Part shown: positions 21,551 through 33,528 of the stretch, piece by piece
How positions within the stretch are numbered: the stretch's first letter is position 1
How the letters are laid out: every line of letters begins with the position of its first letter
DNA from: Eledone cirrhosa
Lineage: Eukaryota
Direction: 5' to 3'
Assembly: GCA_964016885.1 (NCBI GenBank)
Contig: OZ024743.1
Coordinates: 143,716,001 to 143,780,000, forward strand
DNA: 64,000 bases
The notes under the pieces: generated by a model
The model's input: only the letters and a program-made list of their open reading frames with translations
Database searches by the model: none
What the model was told of the DNA's origin: nothing
Made by a program: the position numbers and the translations under genes

Positions 21551-24535
21551 ATCATCATCTTCATCATCTTCTTTTCACGTCCATTTTCCACGCTAGCATG
21601 GGTTAGATGGGAGTTGTCCCGTTTGAGGCAAGGCTGGTCGGGTGACCGTGTCTCGCTCATATAGGACTATCTGGCAGGTTTTCTATGGCGGGATGCCCTT
21701 CCTAACACCAACCACATTTACAGTGTGGAACTGGGAACTTTTTACTGTGTTACCTACACGGCCACATTACACCGTGGACTGTGTTTTTTTGTCGTGACAC
21801 CTACACGATCTTGATCTCATTTTCGCGTGCTGTTGGTGGGAGTGGGAGGATAGGGTAGGGGTAGTGGATTGGGGTGTATATTTGGTCAAGAGGTGCCTAC
21901 TGACTGTAGGTTTCGCTTTGTACATAGGCAAGGCGGGTCTTCTGTATTACTGCGTAGCGCCAAAGATCTCGGTCCAGAGACATTGTCTTAAAGAGATGTA
22001 AGTGTGTGAGGTCAGAATTTATCAGATCATCCCAGGTTTTTCTGGGTCTACCTACTGCGTAACTACCATCAATTTTGATCGCCCTACACTTTTTTATGCA
22101 GCTGTCGTCTTTCATGCGCATCATGTGACCATAACAACGTAGTCTTTTCTCAAGTAAACAGCATCTGATCTCTCTTATTCCTAATTTCTCACTTAGTTCA
22201 TTTATGCTTTGCCGTTCACGTATATTACTATTACACATCCAACGGAGCATGCATGCTTCGTTCCTTTCCAGTCTACGCAGGTCCTCTGCACGTAATGCCC
22301 ATGACTCACTGCCATGTAGCATTGCGGTTCGTATACAAGCATCATACAATCTGCCTTTCATTTTTAGAGAGAAACCTTTTGTGACCAAGAGCGGTATAAG
22401 CTCTCTGAACTTTTTCCATCCCGTTCTGACTCTGGCTACTGTACTTTCAGAACACCCTCCACCACTGCTGATTTCGTCACCCAGGTAACGGAAAGTGTCT
22501 ACTATTTCTATAGAACCATCTGGGCAATAGAAGGAGCTAGTATCCTATGGACACTTGCTACTTATTGCACCTGAGCATCGGCCACATATAAAGTCTACGT
22601 TCTTAGATAGTTTACCTGTGATCCCACTACATCTTTTATGTACCCATACTTTGCATTTGGGACATAAAATGGAATATCTGCCTACTCCTTTCCTACACAA
22701 TGAGCATGGCCATTTCCCTGAGGGCACCTGTGCCCTATTTTCCTTTCTACACACTAGAACTTTAGTCTTAGACAAGTTAATTTTAAGGCCTTTTGATTCT
22801 AGGCCATGCTTCCATGTTTGGAATTTCTTTTCTAGTTCAGCCATTGATTCAGCTATGAGCGTTAGATCATGTGTATAGGAGTTCCCATGGGCAGCCAGTC
22901 TTGAACTCCTCTGTTATAGCCTGAAGGGCAATAATAAATAAGAGGGGGCTAAGGACAGAGCCTTGATAAACGCCAACTTTTACACTAAATTCTTCACAAT
23001 ATTCATTGTTAATTCTAACCTTACTGACTGTTTCATTATACATAGCTTCTATAGCTCTCACAAGCCATTCATCTACACCTAGTTTTCTGAGAGCCCACCA
23101 GATAATGGAGCGGGGGACTCTGTCAAAAGCTTTCTCCAGGTCTACAAAAGCTAAGTAGAGGGGTTTACTTTTAGCTAGGTACTTCTCTTGTAGTTGTCGT
23201 ACAAGGAAAAGAGCGTCTGTGGTACTTTTACCTGACACAAACCCAAACTGCATTTCATCTAGATCAATTCGCTCTCTGATAAGTTGCGCTATAACTCTTT
23301 CTGTGACCTTCATGACCTGGTCAACTAACTTAATGCCTCTCTAGTTTCCCCTATCTAGAGCATCCCCTTTACCCTTGTAGCAGTTAATGATGCTGCTGCT
23401 ACGCCAGTCTTTCGGTATGACACCATTCTGTATTACTTGGTTAATTATACAGGTGACCATAGTGTGTCCCACCATACCAGATGCCTTCAACATCTCAGCA
23501 ACTATCTCCGAAGGCCCAGCTGCCTTGCCTGTCTTCATATCTTTGATTGCCTTACTTATTATACTACCTTTAACTTGCACCGCAGGTCCTTCTATTGGAT
23601 CGATTTGGGGCAGACTATCTTTTTCCCATTTATTCTCTTGATTTAGTAGCCTCTCATAGTGACACTTCCAGGCTATCTTCTTATCAGCATCAGTGAGGGA
23701 AAGTACACCGTTATCATTATGGACACACTTCTCCCAGACAATATCCCGGTTTTCCTTGATACATTGACTAGCAATTCTGAACACCTCACGTTTTTGGTCC
23801 TCACGTTGTAGAACATGCTTGAACTTTCTATCCTCTGCTACCCTTTTTGCAAGGTACACTTGTCTCCTAGCTTCTCTCCTGGCCACTTGATAGTGCTCTC
23901 TACTTCCCCCCATCCTGCCATTCTTTCCAAGCCTGCTTTTTAGCCTTGATTGTCTCTTCCACCTTACTGTTCCACCACCAAGTTACTCTCCTCCTGCCAA
24001 TAGGTCTGCTCCAGCCACAGATTTCATCCGTTGCTTTCAGCAGGTTCACTTTCAAGAATTGCCACTGTTCCTCTATATTACACGTCTCTAATTTCTCTTC
24101 CTTATTGTCAAAGGCATCAATTAATAGGCTTTTTAATTTATCACTGGTTATGGGGTCCTTCAACTTCCATATTTTTCTCTTCAAGGTAGGCCTCCTCTGT
24201 CGTCGAGTACGTCTATTCCTGACTATGAGGTCACTAACTACTATGCTATGTTGGGAGGTGCATTCTTCACGGGGGAGGGATTTAGTGTTTACAACAGACA
24301 TTTTGTCCCGTCTTCTAGTAAGGATATAATCTATCTGGCTGGCGTGTTCCCCTGATCTATAGGTGATCAAGTGGTTTTCACGTTTTTTGAAGTTTGTGTT
24401 ACAGATAGTGAGGCTATTTGTGTCACAGAATTCCAGGATTCTGAAGCCCACCTCATTTCTATTTCCAACCCCATAGCCTCCATGGATTCCATCATAGCCA
24501 TCACTATGTTGTCCAACATGACCGCTCCACATAAT
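21551..24535 (-). mobile_element. RTE-clade LINE, 5'-truncated, multiple frameshifts/stops
   Basis: APE C-terminus (GHVG..GGYGVGNRN..ICNTNFKK..SQIDYIL..SQHSIV); RT (GKAAGP, QFGF, DLEKAFDRV, GVYQGSVLSPLLF, WELLY); CxxC/PHD-like insert; GRPRKTW; (GAT)n-like 3' tail at ~21551-21570. Confidence 0.9.
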
Positions 24536-24744
24536 GACATATTATATTCGTTTTTTCCCGTTCTTTGCCAGGGAACGTTTCCACGAACGAAAGTATCGTC
24601 TTCCTGTCTTCCTCCGGTTGCAACGTTTTTTGAAATATTCACTTTTGCGTTTACAGATTGACTTTGTCAGTTTCAGAAGATCCCGTTAAGGGTGAAAGCA
24701 GCGATTCTTTGCTTAAACTTTAATCTGTTATTTTAATAAATATC

Positions 24745-24755
24745 TTTATATATAT

Positions 24756-24851
<96 letters not shown>

Positions 24852-24971
24852 TTATATATATATATATCTTTATATATATATATATCTTTATATATATATA
24901 TATCTTTATATATATATATATCTTTATATATATATATCTTTATATATATATATATCTTTATATATATATAT

Positions 24972-25026
<55 letters not shown>
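24745..25026. repeat. (TA)n array with CTTT interruptions
   Basis: Direct reading. Confidence 0.9.
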
Positions 25027-25029
<3 letters not shown>

Positions 25030-25940
25030 GTGGTTACACAACAGTTAGTTCACCATACCGAGAACAATTGTTTCACCTTCGCGGATCTTCAGCTCGGGAT
25101 GTGTATGGTTATAGGAACAGGAAGGACAACCGTACGAACGCGCATGCGCAGAAACTCGATCACTTCACACAGGCAATACTAGACTGCGTGCGGGAGGTGT
25201 AAGGGAGATAACTGCGAAAGTCCGGAAAGCTTTTAGGTTGAAAATAAAATAAAAAGAATTAAAAATAAAATTACAAAGAATCAGTCCGCAGCCTTGTAGT
25301 TATGCAATAGATGTTTGGTAACGTGTGAAAAATTCACTTCTCGTGTTTAGGCAATCACTATTGCGTAATCTCTTTAGGATAGTTATTCGTTCGTCAATAC
25401 ATAAGCCACACGTCGGATTTCCCCTTGCGTATGGCTTGGACTTAGTGATGGCTTTCCATTGAATGGAGTACCCTATACTTGAGTCCTTGAGGGACCATAC
25501 GTGGCTCGTGAGTTTCATTGATGAACGTCTGTCCGGGTATCTGAAGGTAGGCTGGTGGTTCAGGAAACACTCCTTGAATCGGCCCTCCGCCATGCCCACA
25601 TAGGATTTGACCTCCTGTGGTTCGTTTGGTCGGTTGGAAGTGACCACAGCCTCATAGATTACAGCTGGTGTGTTGCATTGCTGTTGAAGGGGGCAAGCTT
25701 CAGGCTTACGACAAGAGCACCCTGGTGGGGGTGTTGCTCCTAGGGCTGCTGGTGATGTGGGCCTTCATGTTCTTAGCGCAGGAGTATCCTATTTTTACTT
25801 TGTGTCGGTAAAAGATGGAGCGGTATTTATGACCTATGGGGAAGTGTCTATCTAAGAGGGCTAGACATTTTTTTCCTACATTGGTTTTAACGTTGAGTGA
25901 GAAAGGAGGAGAGAACCAGATAGTTTGTCTATTGATGCGT
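25027..25940 (-). mobile_element. PLE 3' fragment (linker + GIY-YIG + 3' UTR with HHR)
   Basis: WFSPPFSLNVKTNVGK..HFP..KIGYSC; SYVGMAEGRFKE..CGLCIDER..CLNTRSEF; HHR near the 3' end; terminates in (TA)n. Confidence 0.85.
25054..25101 (-). ncRNA. Minimal type I hammerhead ribozyme
   Basis: Minus strand: ccgag CTGAAGA tccgcgaaggt GAAA caattg TT ctcgg; palindromic stem III ACAATTGT. Confidence 0.8.
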
Positions 25941-26380
25941 TGATCCAGGTTTCACATGTAATGGATGTGAAACCTGGATCTTTCTTATTCTGCACACACG
26001 CATATTTGATCTACACAGAAAATATCTCCACATTGCAACCACCATAATATATTAACACATATATTAACACACATGCTATAAGTGCTTGTATTTTGTACGC
26101 AACACCCAGCACTCATATATGCTTGATACTTTTGCTTGTTCAATTGCTTTATATGACTAACGCACGTACTGTCTCTTTAATTTTATTTATTTACTAGACG
26201 CTCTTATATTATCTGCCACACGTGCCCCACCAAAAGCTTGTAATTTTAATTTTAATTTTAAATCTTATTGTACAATTTATCATAATATATGTCGCATCCA
26301 TCCCACACTGTTGTCCACAATACGTATCTATGATTCTTCAGCGGAATAGGAGGCTGATTATATGTATAAACATTGCTAAT

Positions 26381-26432
26381 AATGCTCCGAAGACTCCAAA
26401 CCTAGGCTTGGAAGAAACGAGTGTCAGCAATT
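26381..26432 (+). ncRNA. Type I hammerhead-like motif, CCGAAGA core variant
   Basis: aatgct CCGAAGA ctccaaacctaggcttggaa GAAA cgagtg TC agcaatt; GUC triplet; ~40 bp upstream of (TA)n. Confidence 0.65.
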
Positions 26433-26472
26433 AAATGTTCTAACATAGCTTTGATTCTTGTCTATTCTATAT

Positions 26473-26539
<67 letters not shown>

Positions 26540-26542
<3 letters not shown>

Positions 26543-28866
26543 ACTTAAAACCTAACCAAAATACCAATAATAACCCAAGCAATATTCAATTGAATAACTG
26601 TAACTGTAGAAATAAATCTAACTGTCCGTTAAATAACAACTGCTTAGCTAAAAATGTAGTGTACAATTGTAATGTTAAAACTAATTTAAATTCATTTAAC
26701 TATGTCGGTTCTACCTCTACAGAATTTAAATTTCGCTTCAATAATCATAAAAATTCTTTCACAGATCCAAATAAAAAATCTTCAACTTCGCTATCTAGCC
26801 TACTATGGGACCTAAAACGAGATAATGTTAAATATTCGATGACTTGGAATATTATTTCATAAGCTACTCCTTTTAATTCCTCTTCAGAAAATTGTGATCT
26901 CTGTATTGAAGAAATATTCTTTATATTAAAGTCCAAAAATTCCCTTAATTTAAGGAATAATTTATTCAGTTGCTGCAGACATAGATTGAACTCAACGTTT
27001 AAATATAAATATAAATTTAAAATGTAGTATAATTAATTAAGTAATTTAGTTAATATATGAAACCTGTCGATAAATCATTAGATTCCTTCACCTTTTTCTT
27101 TTTTTTTTCTTTTTAAATTTTCTTCCTAAATATAAACATAGATATAATAAACTACTCTAAAATGTCTATACTTCCAATGTCTTAAATAAAATATACGTAA
27201 GATAAATTTCTATACTAAATATAAGGATATCTGTAGATTCCTTGGCTTTTTTAAATTTTTTAAATTTTTTAAATTTTTTAAATTTTTTAACTTTTTAAAT
27301 TTTTAAATTTTAAAATTATATTGATATAATATTTATTTAACTTTTATTTTTATTTTTATTTTTATTTTTATTAGGTTTGTTTTGATTCTGATAGCTTCTC
27401 ATAATTTTCATAAGTCTACACTTTCAATATCTTGATTGAAATATACTTAGGATAAATTTCTATACTAAATATATGAAACATATTATTTTAACTTAAGATG
27501 CTCTAGAGTGTTTTAAAGATATTTAATGTTTTGATATTTCTAGAATTCGTTTGTCCTTTAGACTATACTGATATAATTGTATTTCCAAAATATAATCCTT
27601 TGGTATTTTAAATTTATATTGTTATAATTATATTTCCAAAGTATAATCCTTTAGTAATATATTGATATTTGATTATCTCTATACAAATATGTATGTGTGT
27701 ATTAACATGCATATAAAAGTGTTATATGGTTTTTACGATTGTATATCTGTCTGTATGTGTACATGAGTGATGCGGGTCTAGCAATTAGTGAAAACGCACG
27801 CAAATATTTATTTATACATATGTATGTGTAAATTTATATATGTATATGTATGTGTGTGGGTGCGAGTTATGTTGTGTGCATGTCTACCCACGCAGTTTTG
27901 ATTGCAGATATGCATAATTTTAACAGAATGTTAAATGCATGAATGGTAATCGTATATATGAAGGCATGAATGTTAATCGTATATATTTATGTATATATAC
28001 TGTGAACTTTTTATAACAAGGAATGTATAGCAGTGATTAAGAGAAATCATTTGTGTTTTGTATGTCTATATTGTAGGCTTGAGTAGATATAATTTCTATT
28101 TTCAGGATGTGCATATATATATATATATATATATATTTGTGTATCTTTGCCGTAAGATAGTGGTTTCTCTAGCAATGTGTACATTTTGGATGCTTAAACT
28201 CAAATTTTAGTATATTGATCTCAAGTTTTAAACTAAACATATAATCATTATTAAACAATGTTTAATTTCTCATATATATTTATGTCCCATTCATGAATAT
28301 TAATATTTATATTTTTATTATTCATTTCATATAAATTGTTAACTCAACTTAATATGACATGACGTAAAGTTTTCATTATCTCCCCTCTCTCTCTATATAT
28401 TATTTCTCTCTCTTGAGTTTTTCTATCTGTCTGATGATTTGATATCTCTCTGTTGCTTTCCTCTGTTTTTCTTATTTCTTCCTTTTTTCTTTTTTCTTTC
28501 TTTCCTCCTGTCTTTATTTATCTCTTCCTTTTTTCTCCATGCATTTCTCTCTCTCCGATATTTCTCCACGTTTTTTTCTTTTTCTTTTTTTCTTCTCTCT
28601 CTCCGTCTTTTTTCTTTCTCTCCGTCTTTTTCTAATTGTCCTTAACACTAAGACTTATTAAAATAATATAAACAATTCACTATCCAGATGGCTTCCAAAA
28701 ATAATGGTCACATTTTAAAAGGGTACGTCAAAGCTTATTTGTAAAACTGTTATATATTGTATTTTGTCTGATGAAGGCATACCCTAATTTAATTCGGTAT
28801 CCCTGAAATATGTATAATGAAATAAATATGGTTTTATAAATATAGTTTCCATTTATTAATATCGTA
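26540..28866 (+). mobile_element. PLE 3' fragment: GIY-YIG domain (26540-27027, internal stop at 26860) + ~1.8-kb AT-rich region ending in an HHR
   Basis: CNCRNKSNCPLNNNCLAKNVVYNC..NYVGSTSTEFKFRFNNHK..CDLCIEE..CCRH; both ends in (TA)n. That the whole UTR belongs to this element is inferred. Confidence 0.78.
28760..28824 (+). ncRNA. Type I hammerhead ribozyme
   Basis: tattttgt CTGATGA aggcatacc..ggtatccct GAAA tatgta TA atgaaata. Confidence 0.82.
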
Positions 28867-28897
28867 TATATATATATATATAATCTTTATCACTGCA

Positions 28898-29332
28898 CCG
28901 AGATCTTTGGCGCTACGTAGTAATACAGAAGACCCGCCTTGCCTAAGTACAAAGCGAAACCTACAGTCAGTAGGCACCTTTTAACCAAAATACACACCCC
29001 CCCATCCCACTACCTCTATCCCCCACCGCCATCTACACCACCCCTTTTGATGTAAAGCTATGTTGGTACCACAACATCCAGTCCTAAATAAATGAGGTCG
29101 TGTAGGTGTCACAACAAAAAAAACACACGGTCCATGCTGTAATGTGGCTGTGAAGGTAACACGGTAAAAACCTCCCAGTCCACACTGTAAACTTGGTTGG
29201 TGTTAGGAAAGGCATCCAGCCGTAGAAAACCTGCCAGACAGTCCTGAGCAAGACAACCAATCTTGCCTCAAGTGGGACAATTCCCGTCCAGACCCATGCT
29301 AGCGTGGAAGACGTTAAATGATGATGATGATG
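28898..29332 (+). mobile_element. RTE LINE 3' end with (ATG)n tail
   Basis: Matches the reverse complement of ~21570-21971 (cgagatctttggcgctacg..cccatgctagcgtggaa). Confidence 0.85.
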
Positions 29333-29391
29333 ATATATATATATATGTATATATTTATATATATATGTATATATTTATATATATATGTATA

Positions 29392-29430
<39 letters not shown>

Positions 29431-29439
29431 TTATATATT

Positions 29440-29691
29440 TAATATAGAAAAGGCTTCTACAGGACTTTTTGTCATTGTCCTTGAGAGGTTCAGTTGCACA
29501 AGTTCAGCTTTTATCACTTTGTCCGAGGTCTTGCTACTCCATAGCTTCCATCAGTTTTGATTGCCTTGCACTAGCGCAATCTCCTCTCTAGTATACTGCA
29601 TCTGATCCCTCTTATACCTACTTTCTCTCTTAGTTCATTTACACTTTACCGTTCATGCATATTACTATTACACATTCATTGGAGCATGCAG
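29440..29691 (-). mobile_element. RTE LINE internal fragment
   Basis: Similar to ~22030-22252 (ttagttcattt..ccgttca..atattactattacacat..ggagcatgca). Confidence 0.7.
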
Positions 29692-29884
29692 GATATATAT
29701 ATATATATATATATATGTGCATGTGTGTATATATAAATATGTCTGCTCTCCTGGATTTTACCTGAATATTCCAACACACACACACACACGAACATACCCA
29801 TACATAAACATACATACATCCATCCTCACAATGTGGAAAAGGGTAGAAGTGAGCGTTTTAAGTGCTTCAGATCCATATCTGTAA

Positions 29885-29916
<32 letters not shown>

Positions 29917-30524
29917 AAGAAAGGTGGAAAAAAAAAAGAAATGGTTTGATCTAGATTTTGTAACTTTGAATGATAAGGAAATGAAATCCAGATAATTCTG
30001 TAATTTAACTGGCTATTACATTTTTTAACCGATAACCTTTGAGTCTAGAGATGTTGGTAACGTTTAAGACTAGAGGGAGCTGTGAACCCTCCACCTCTAG
30101 ATTAGCTTTGTTGAAATTCCACAGACTAGATCTTACAAGCTGCATGACTAATTCAAAGGATTTCAATAGCAATTATGAGGAGTCATTTGGAAAGTGTGGT
30201 TTCTTGTATTATAGCCATGGTGTGTGAAAAAGACAGACGAAAAAAGTAAGAAAAATCAAGGATGTTAGATAAAAATTAATATTTTACTAAAGAAAAAAAA
30301 TTCTCATAGAGGTGAAAGCAATGAAATGAATTTTGTCTTGCACAACTCTGTAGTTTAACATGTATAATGTCACAGAGATTGATAGTGTAGCTTAAGCTGT
30401 ATTCAAGGTCGATTGTATGATGTAATTATATAATCAGGTATTCTATCGACTGGGGAAAGATGAAAGGCAAAGTCACAAGTGGTGAGATTTTAACTCAGAA
30501 GTTCTAAAGTCTGTCACAAGCCTG

Positions 30525-30755
30525 CAGGCCAGTACTTATCCTGGTTTTCAAGGCATTTAGCAATTGAGAGTACAAAACTCCTCTCTGGATAGGTCACTAG
30601 GCCATTGCAGGGTTAAACCCCCAGCTGGTATTCATCTTTAGCTGAATAAACTGGAGAAATGTGAAATGAAGTTTTTTGCTCAAGAACACATCACAACCAG
30701 TCCAGGAATTGAACCCACGACATTATGATCCTAAGCCCAACACCCTTACCACTCA
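30525..30755 (-). mobile_element. tRNA-derived SINE, second family (related copies ~39085-39300, ~43535-43790)
   Basis: Minus strand has box-B-like GGTTCAATTCC followed by gtgttcttgagcaa..cttcatttcaca; the shared gagtacaa..ctggatagg segment recurs in other copies. Confidence 0.6.
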
Positions 30756-31789
30756 GAAGTTAAAGAGGTGTAACTAAATGCTGCAAGACATTTGATCTGA
30801 CTCTCCAACCATTCTGCTGTCCTACTTACAAATGTTAAATGTAATACACGGATATAAAACTGAAAATATCTGAAAACATATTTGCGCTAAAAGCTTTGTT
30901 CAAAATTTATTTTGTATGGAAGCAAATAATACATCTGGTCTTAGTACAGGCTTTGGAAAAGATTTTAGTCTGAGATCATATGTTAGAATAGATATTGATA
31001 TAACTTCCTGTAATCATTCTTGTCGTTTTAGACACTTGAGCTGTCATATTCGTTATGTGTAGTTTTACAGTTTTATGCCGAAAGTTTTTGCTCGTAAAAT
31101 CTACAAGATTATTGAGATTTTACGCAGTGTCTCCTTAATATCAAATTAAATTATTTGACAAGCAGGAAATAGAGAAATTGTTTTATAGACTACCTGGAAA
31201 AATCTTTCATTGTCTCATATAAAAGAAAAAAAAAGATAATCTGAATTACATTTCACCAAACTGTATATCAATAAATACGGTGGCAAATTGGCAGAGTTGT
31301 TAGAACGTTGGTTAGAATGCTTTGATATTCATTCCATTTTCTGTGTTTAAAACCCACCGAAGTAAACTTTGCTTTTCATCCTTTCGAAGTCAATAAAAAA
31401 AAATATAAGCCCAGAGTACTGGGGTCAATTCTTCTATATCTCTTTAAAATTTCCTCTCTATCACTCTCTCTCTCTCTCTCTCTCCATCTCTGGAAGAAAT
31501 TGAATGAGTTCAGACCTGGAGAGGTGATGGGTTCTGCCAGTTTTAAAATGTCCAAGACATTTATGTGATCATATACTATGCACTCCTACAATCCCATCAG
31601 GAATTATGGGTCCATACATATAGAAATATAGTTTATGTTTATGTTATTAGTAATTTTACATCCTGTGTTCAATTCTCACCAGGATTGATAATTATTAATA
31701 TTTATCGTTTTAATGTTCATTAAATTCACTACACTGCTCCTCCGAAATTTTGGCCTTGTGCGAAAAGTTAAAACATTATTAAAATGAAA

Positions 31790-31983
31790 GGGCGGTGGAT
31801 TGGCAGTATCGGTAGAGAGTTGGACGCCATGCTTTGAAGCATAGAGTTATGTCCCTTTATGATCTGAGTTCAAATCCCGCCGAGGTTAACTTTGCTTTTC
31901 ATCCTTACGGGGGTCGATAAAATAAAGTACCAGTAGTGTACTGGGCAATTTCTGGCCTTGTGCCAAAAGTAGAAACAATTATT
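31790..31983 (+). mobile_element. tRNA-derived SINE (~195 bp), core resembling the MetaSINE domain
   Basis: Box A TGGCAGTATCGG, box B GAGTTCAAATCC, core tttcatccttacggggtcgataaaataaagtaccag, (ATT)n tail; the domain name is from recall, not a search. Confidence 0.8.
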
Positions 31984-33307
31984 AAAATGAATTAGGAGAA
32001 ACAGTAAAGTGGTACACTAGTTCCTTCTTATTTTTCAAATCCTCTTGGAGTTAACTTTGCTTTATCTTTCCGGTCATCTACTTAGCACCAGTCATGTACT
32101 AAGGTATATTCCAGGTATAGTCAACTTAGTTCGAGTAGTGGGGCACATAGGATGTGGTTTATCACAAGGCACTACTAAAACATTCAAGGCAATTTTAAAG
32201 TTAAATGTGTTATTCAGAAAGGCAAATGGGCTGCATGCAACTTGCAGGCTGCAGTTTCTCCATGACTGGTATATTCCATTAAAAAGAATTCTGGCTTTTT
32301 ATTGCTAGTATTGTTTAAACTTGAATCTTTAAATTCATTTGTGTCATATTCCAACAATGAAAATAATTATATAGTAAATGTTTTTGTTAGAACACAGCAT
32401 ATATTAGATTTAAGGTAAATTTAACTACAGGTTTTTAATTAGAAGTCTTTCCTGTGAAAAGAATGAAGCATAAACACACTTTCCAATATAAAGTAATCTC
32501 TTGTGTTTTCTGCACACAGTAAAACACAAGAGATTACTTTTATGCATTTGGAGATTAATGTCCCCTCATCAGAAAATAGTAATATTTTTCTATGGTGGAG
32601 TCTTCATTAGTCTTGGCATCCAGTTGTTTGACCTACTGAATTCCTACATACGAAATTCACATGTAAGCAGTTGACTATTCCATTGACACATTTAACATTA
32701 ATGTAGTCTATCAAAAAAAGACACATTCTGCTATGTAATTGCTTGATCTGCTAGAAATAGTAGTCAAATCCCCTGATATCTTGATAAAAAAAAAAATGCA
32801 GTGAATAGCGCAGTGCTGGGTGTACTGTGTCTAGGAAGTGGATGGGATGGTTATGACTGGAATGCTTTTGATTATAGGTCTATTCTTTCAAGGTAAAATG
32901 CAAAATCCCAGAAAACTGTTGATAGTGTGTGTAGGTTTCACATAAAATAGAAAAGATCTCTGTCTGTTTCAACATTGTTCTAGTTGTTTGATCAATGGAA
33001 TAACCCAACCATGAAATCAACAGGCAATTGGCTAACAATCCACAGAGACATGTATCCTTAATGTAATTCTCAGGTTGATTTAGTGTGACACAATCTGGCA
33101 AGACTGGATTTTTGAATTACAAGTACATTCCATATCTCCATTAATCAAAATGGCTACTGAAATGACCAATAGACACCTGGCCTGGGAGCAAACCATAACA
33201 AGGTTTGCAACCATGCAAAATGGAGATCTCTCATCACCTAATGCACCATGGAGAGCAAAAGGAACTAAAGAAGATGATATAAAATTATGTGGGAAATTTT
33301 AATTTAA

Positions 33308-33528
33308 CCCTTTAACATTTAAACCAGCCATATTCGGTCAGAATTCTCTCACCACTTTCTGTTCAAGATGGCTGTAACTGGCTGCTCATACTGATGTAAA
33401 GGTATTGTTCTCAAAATAAATAATATCAAAACCTCTTAGATTCAATATTACGTGTGATAATTATGTGAGGTAAAGCCTTTACCATGAAAATATAATAGTA
33501 AATATAGAGTAATGTAAATGCTAAAGGG
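33308..33528. mobile_element. piggyBac-type MITE
   Basis: TTAA-CCCTTTAACATTTA ... TAAATGCTAAAGGG-TTAA; second copy in opposite orientation at 47507. Confidence 0.8.

Noticed and set aside
24665-24710. HHR-like CAGAAGA tcccgttaagggt GAAA gcagc
   Set aside because: Core mismatch and no convincing stem I or UH site; at best a decayed remnant
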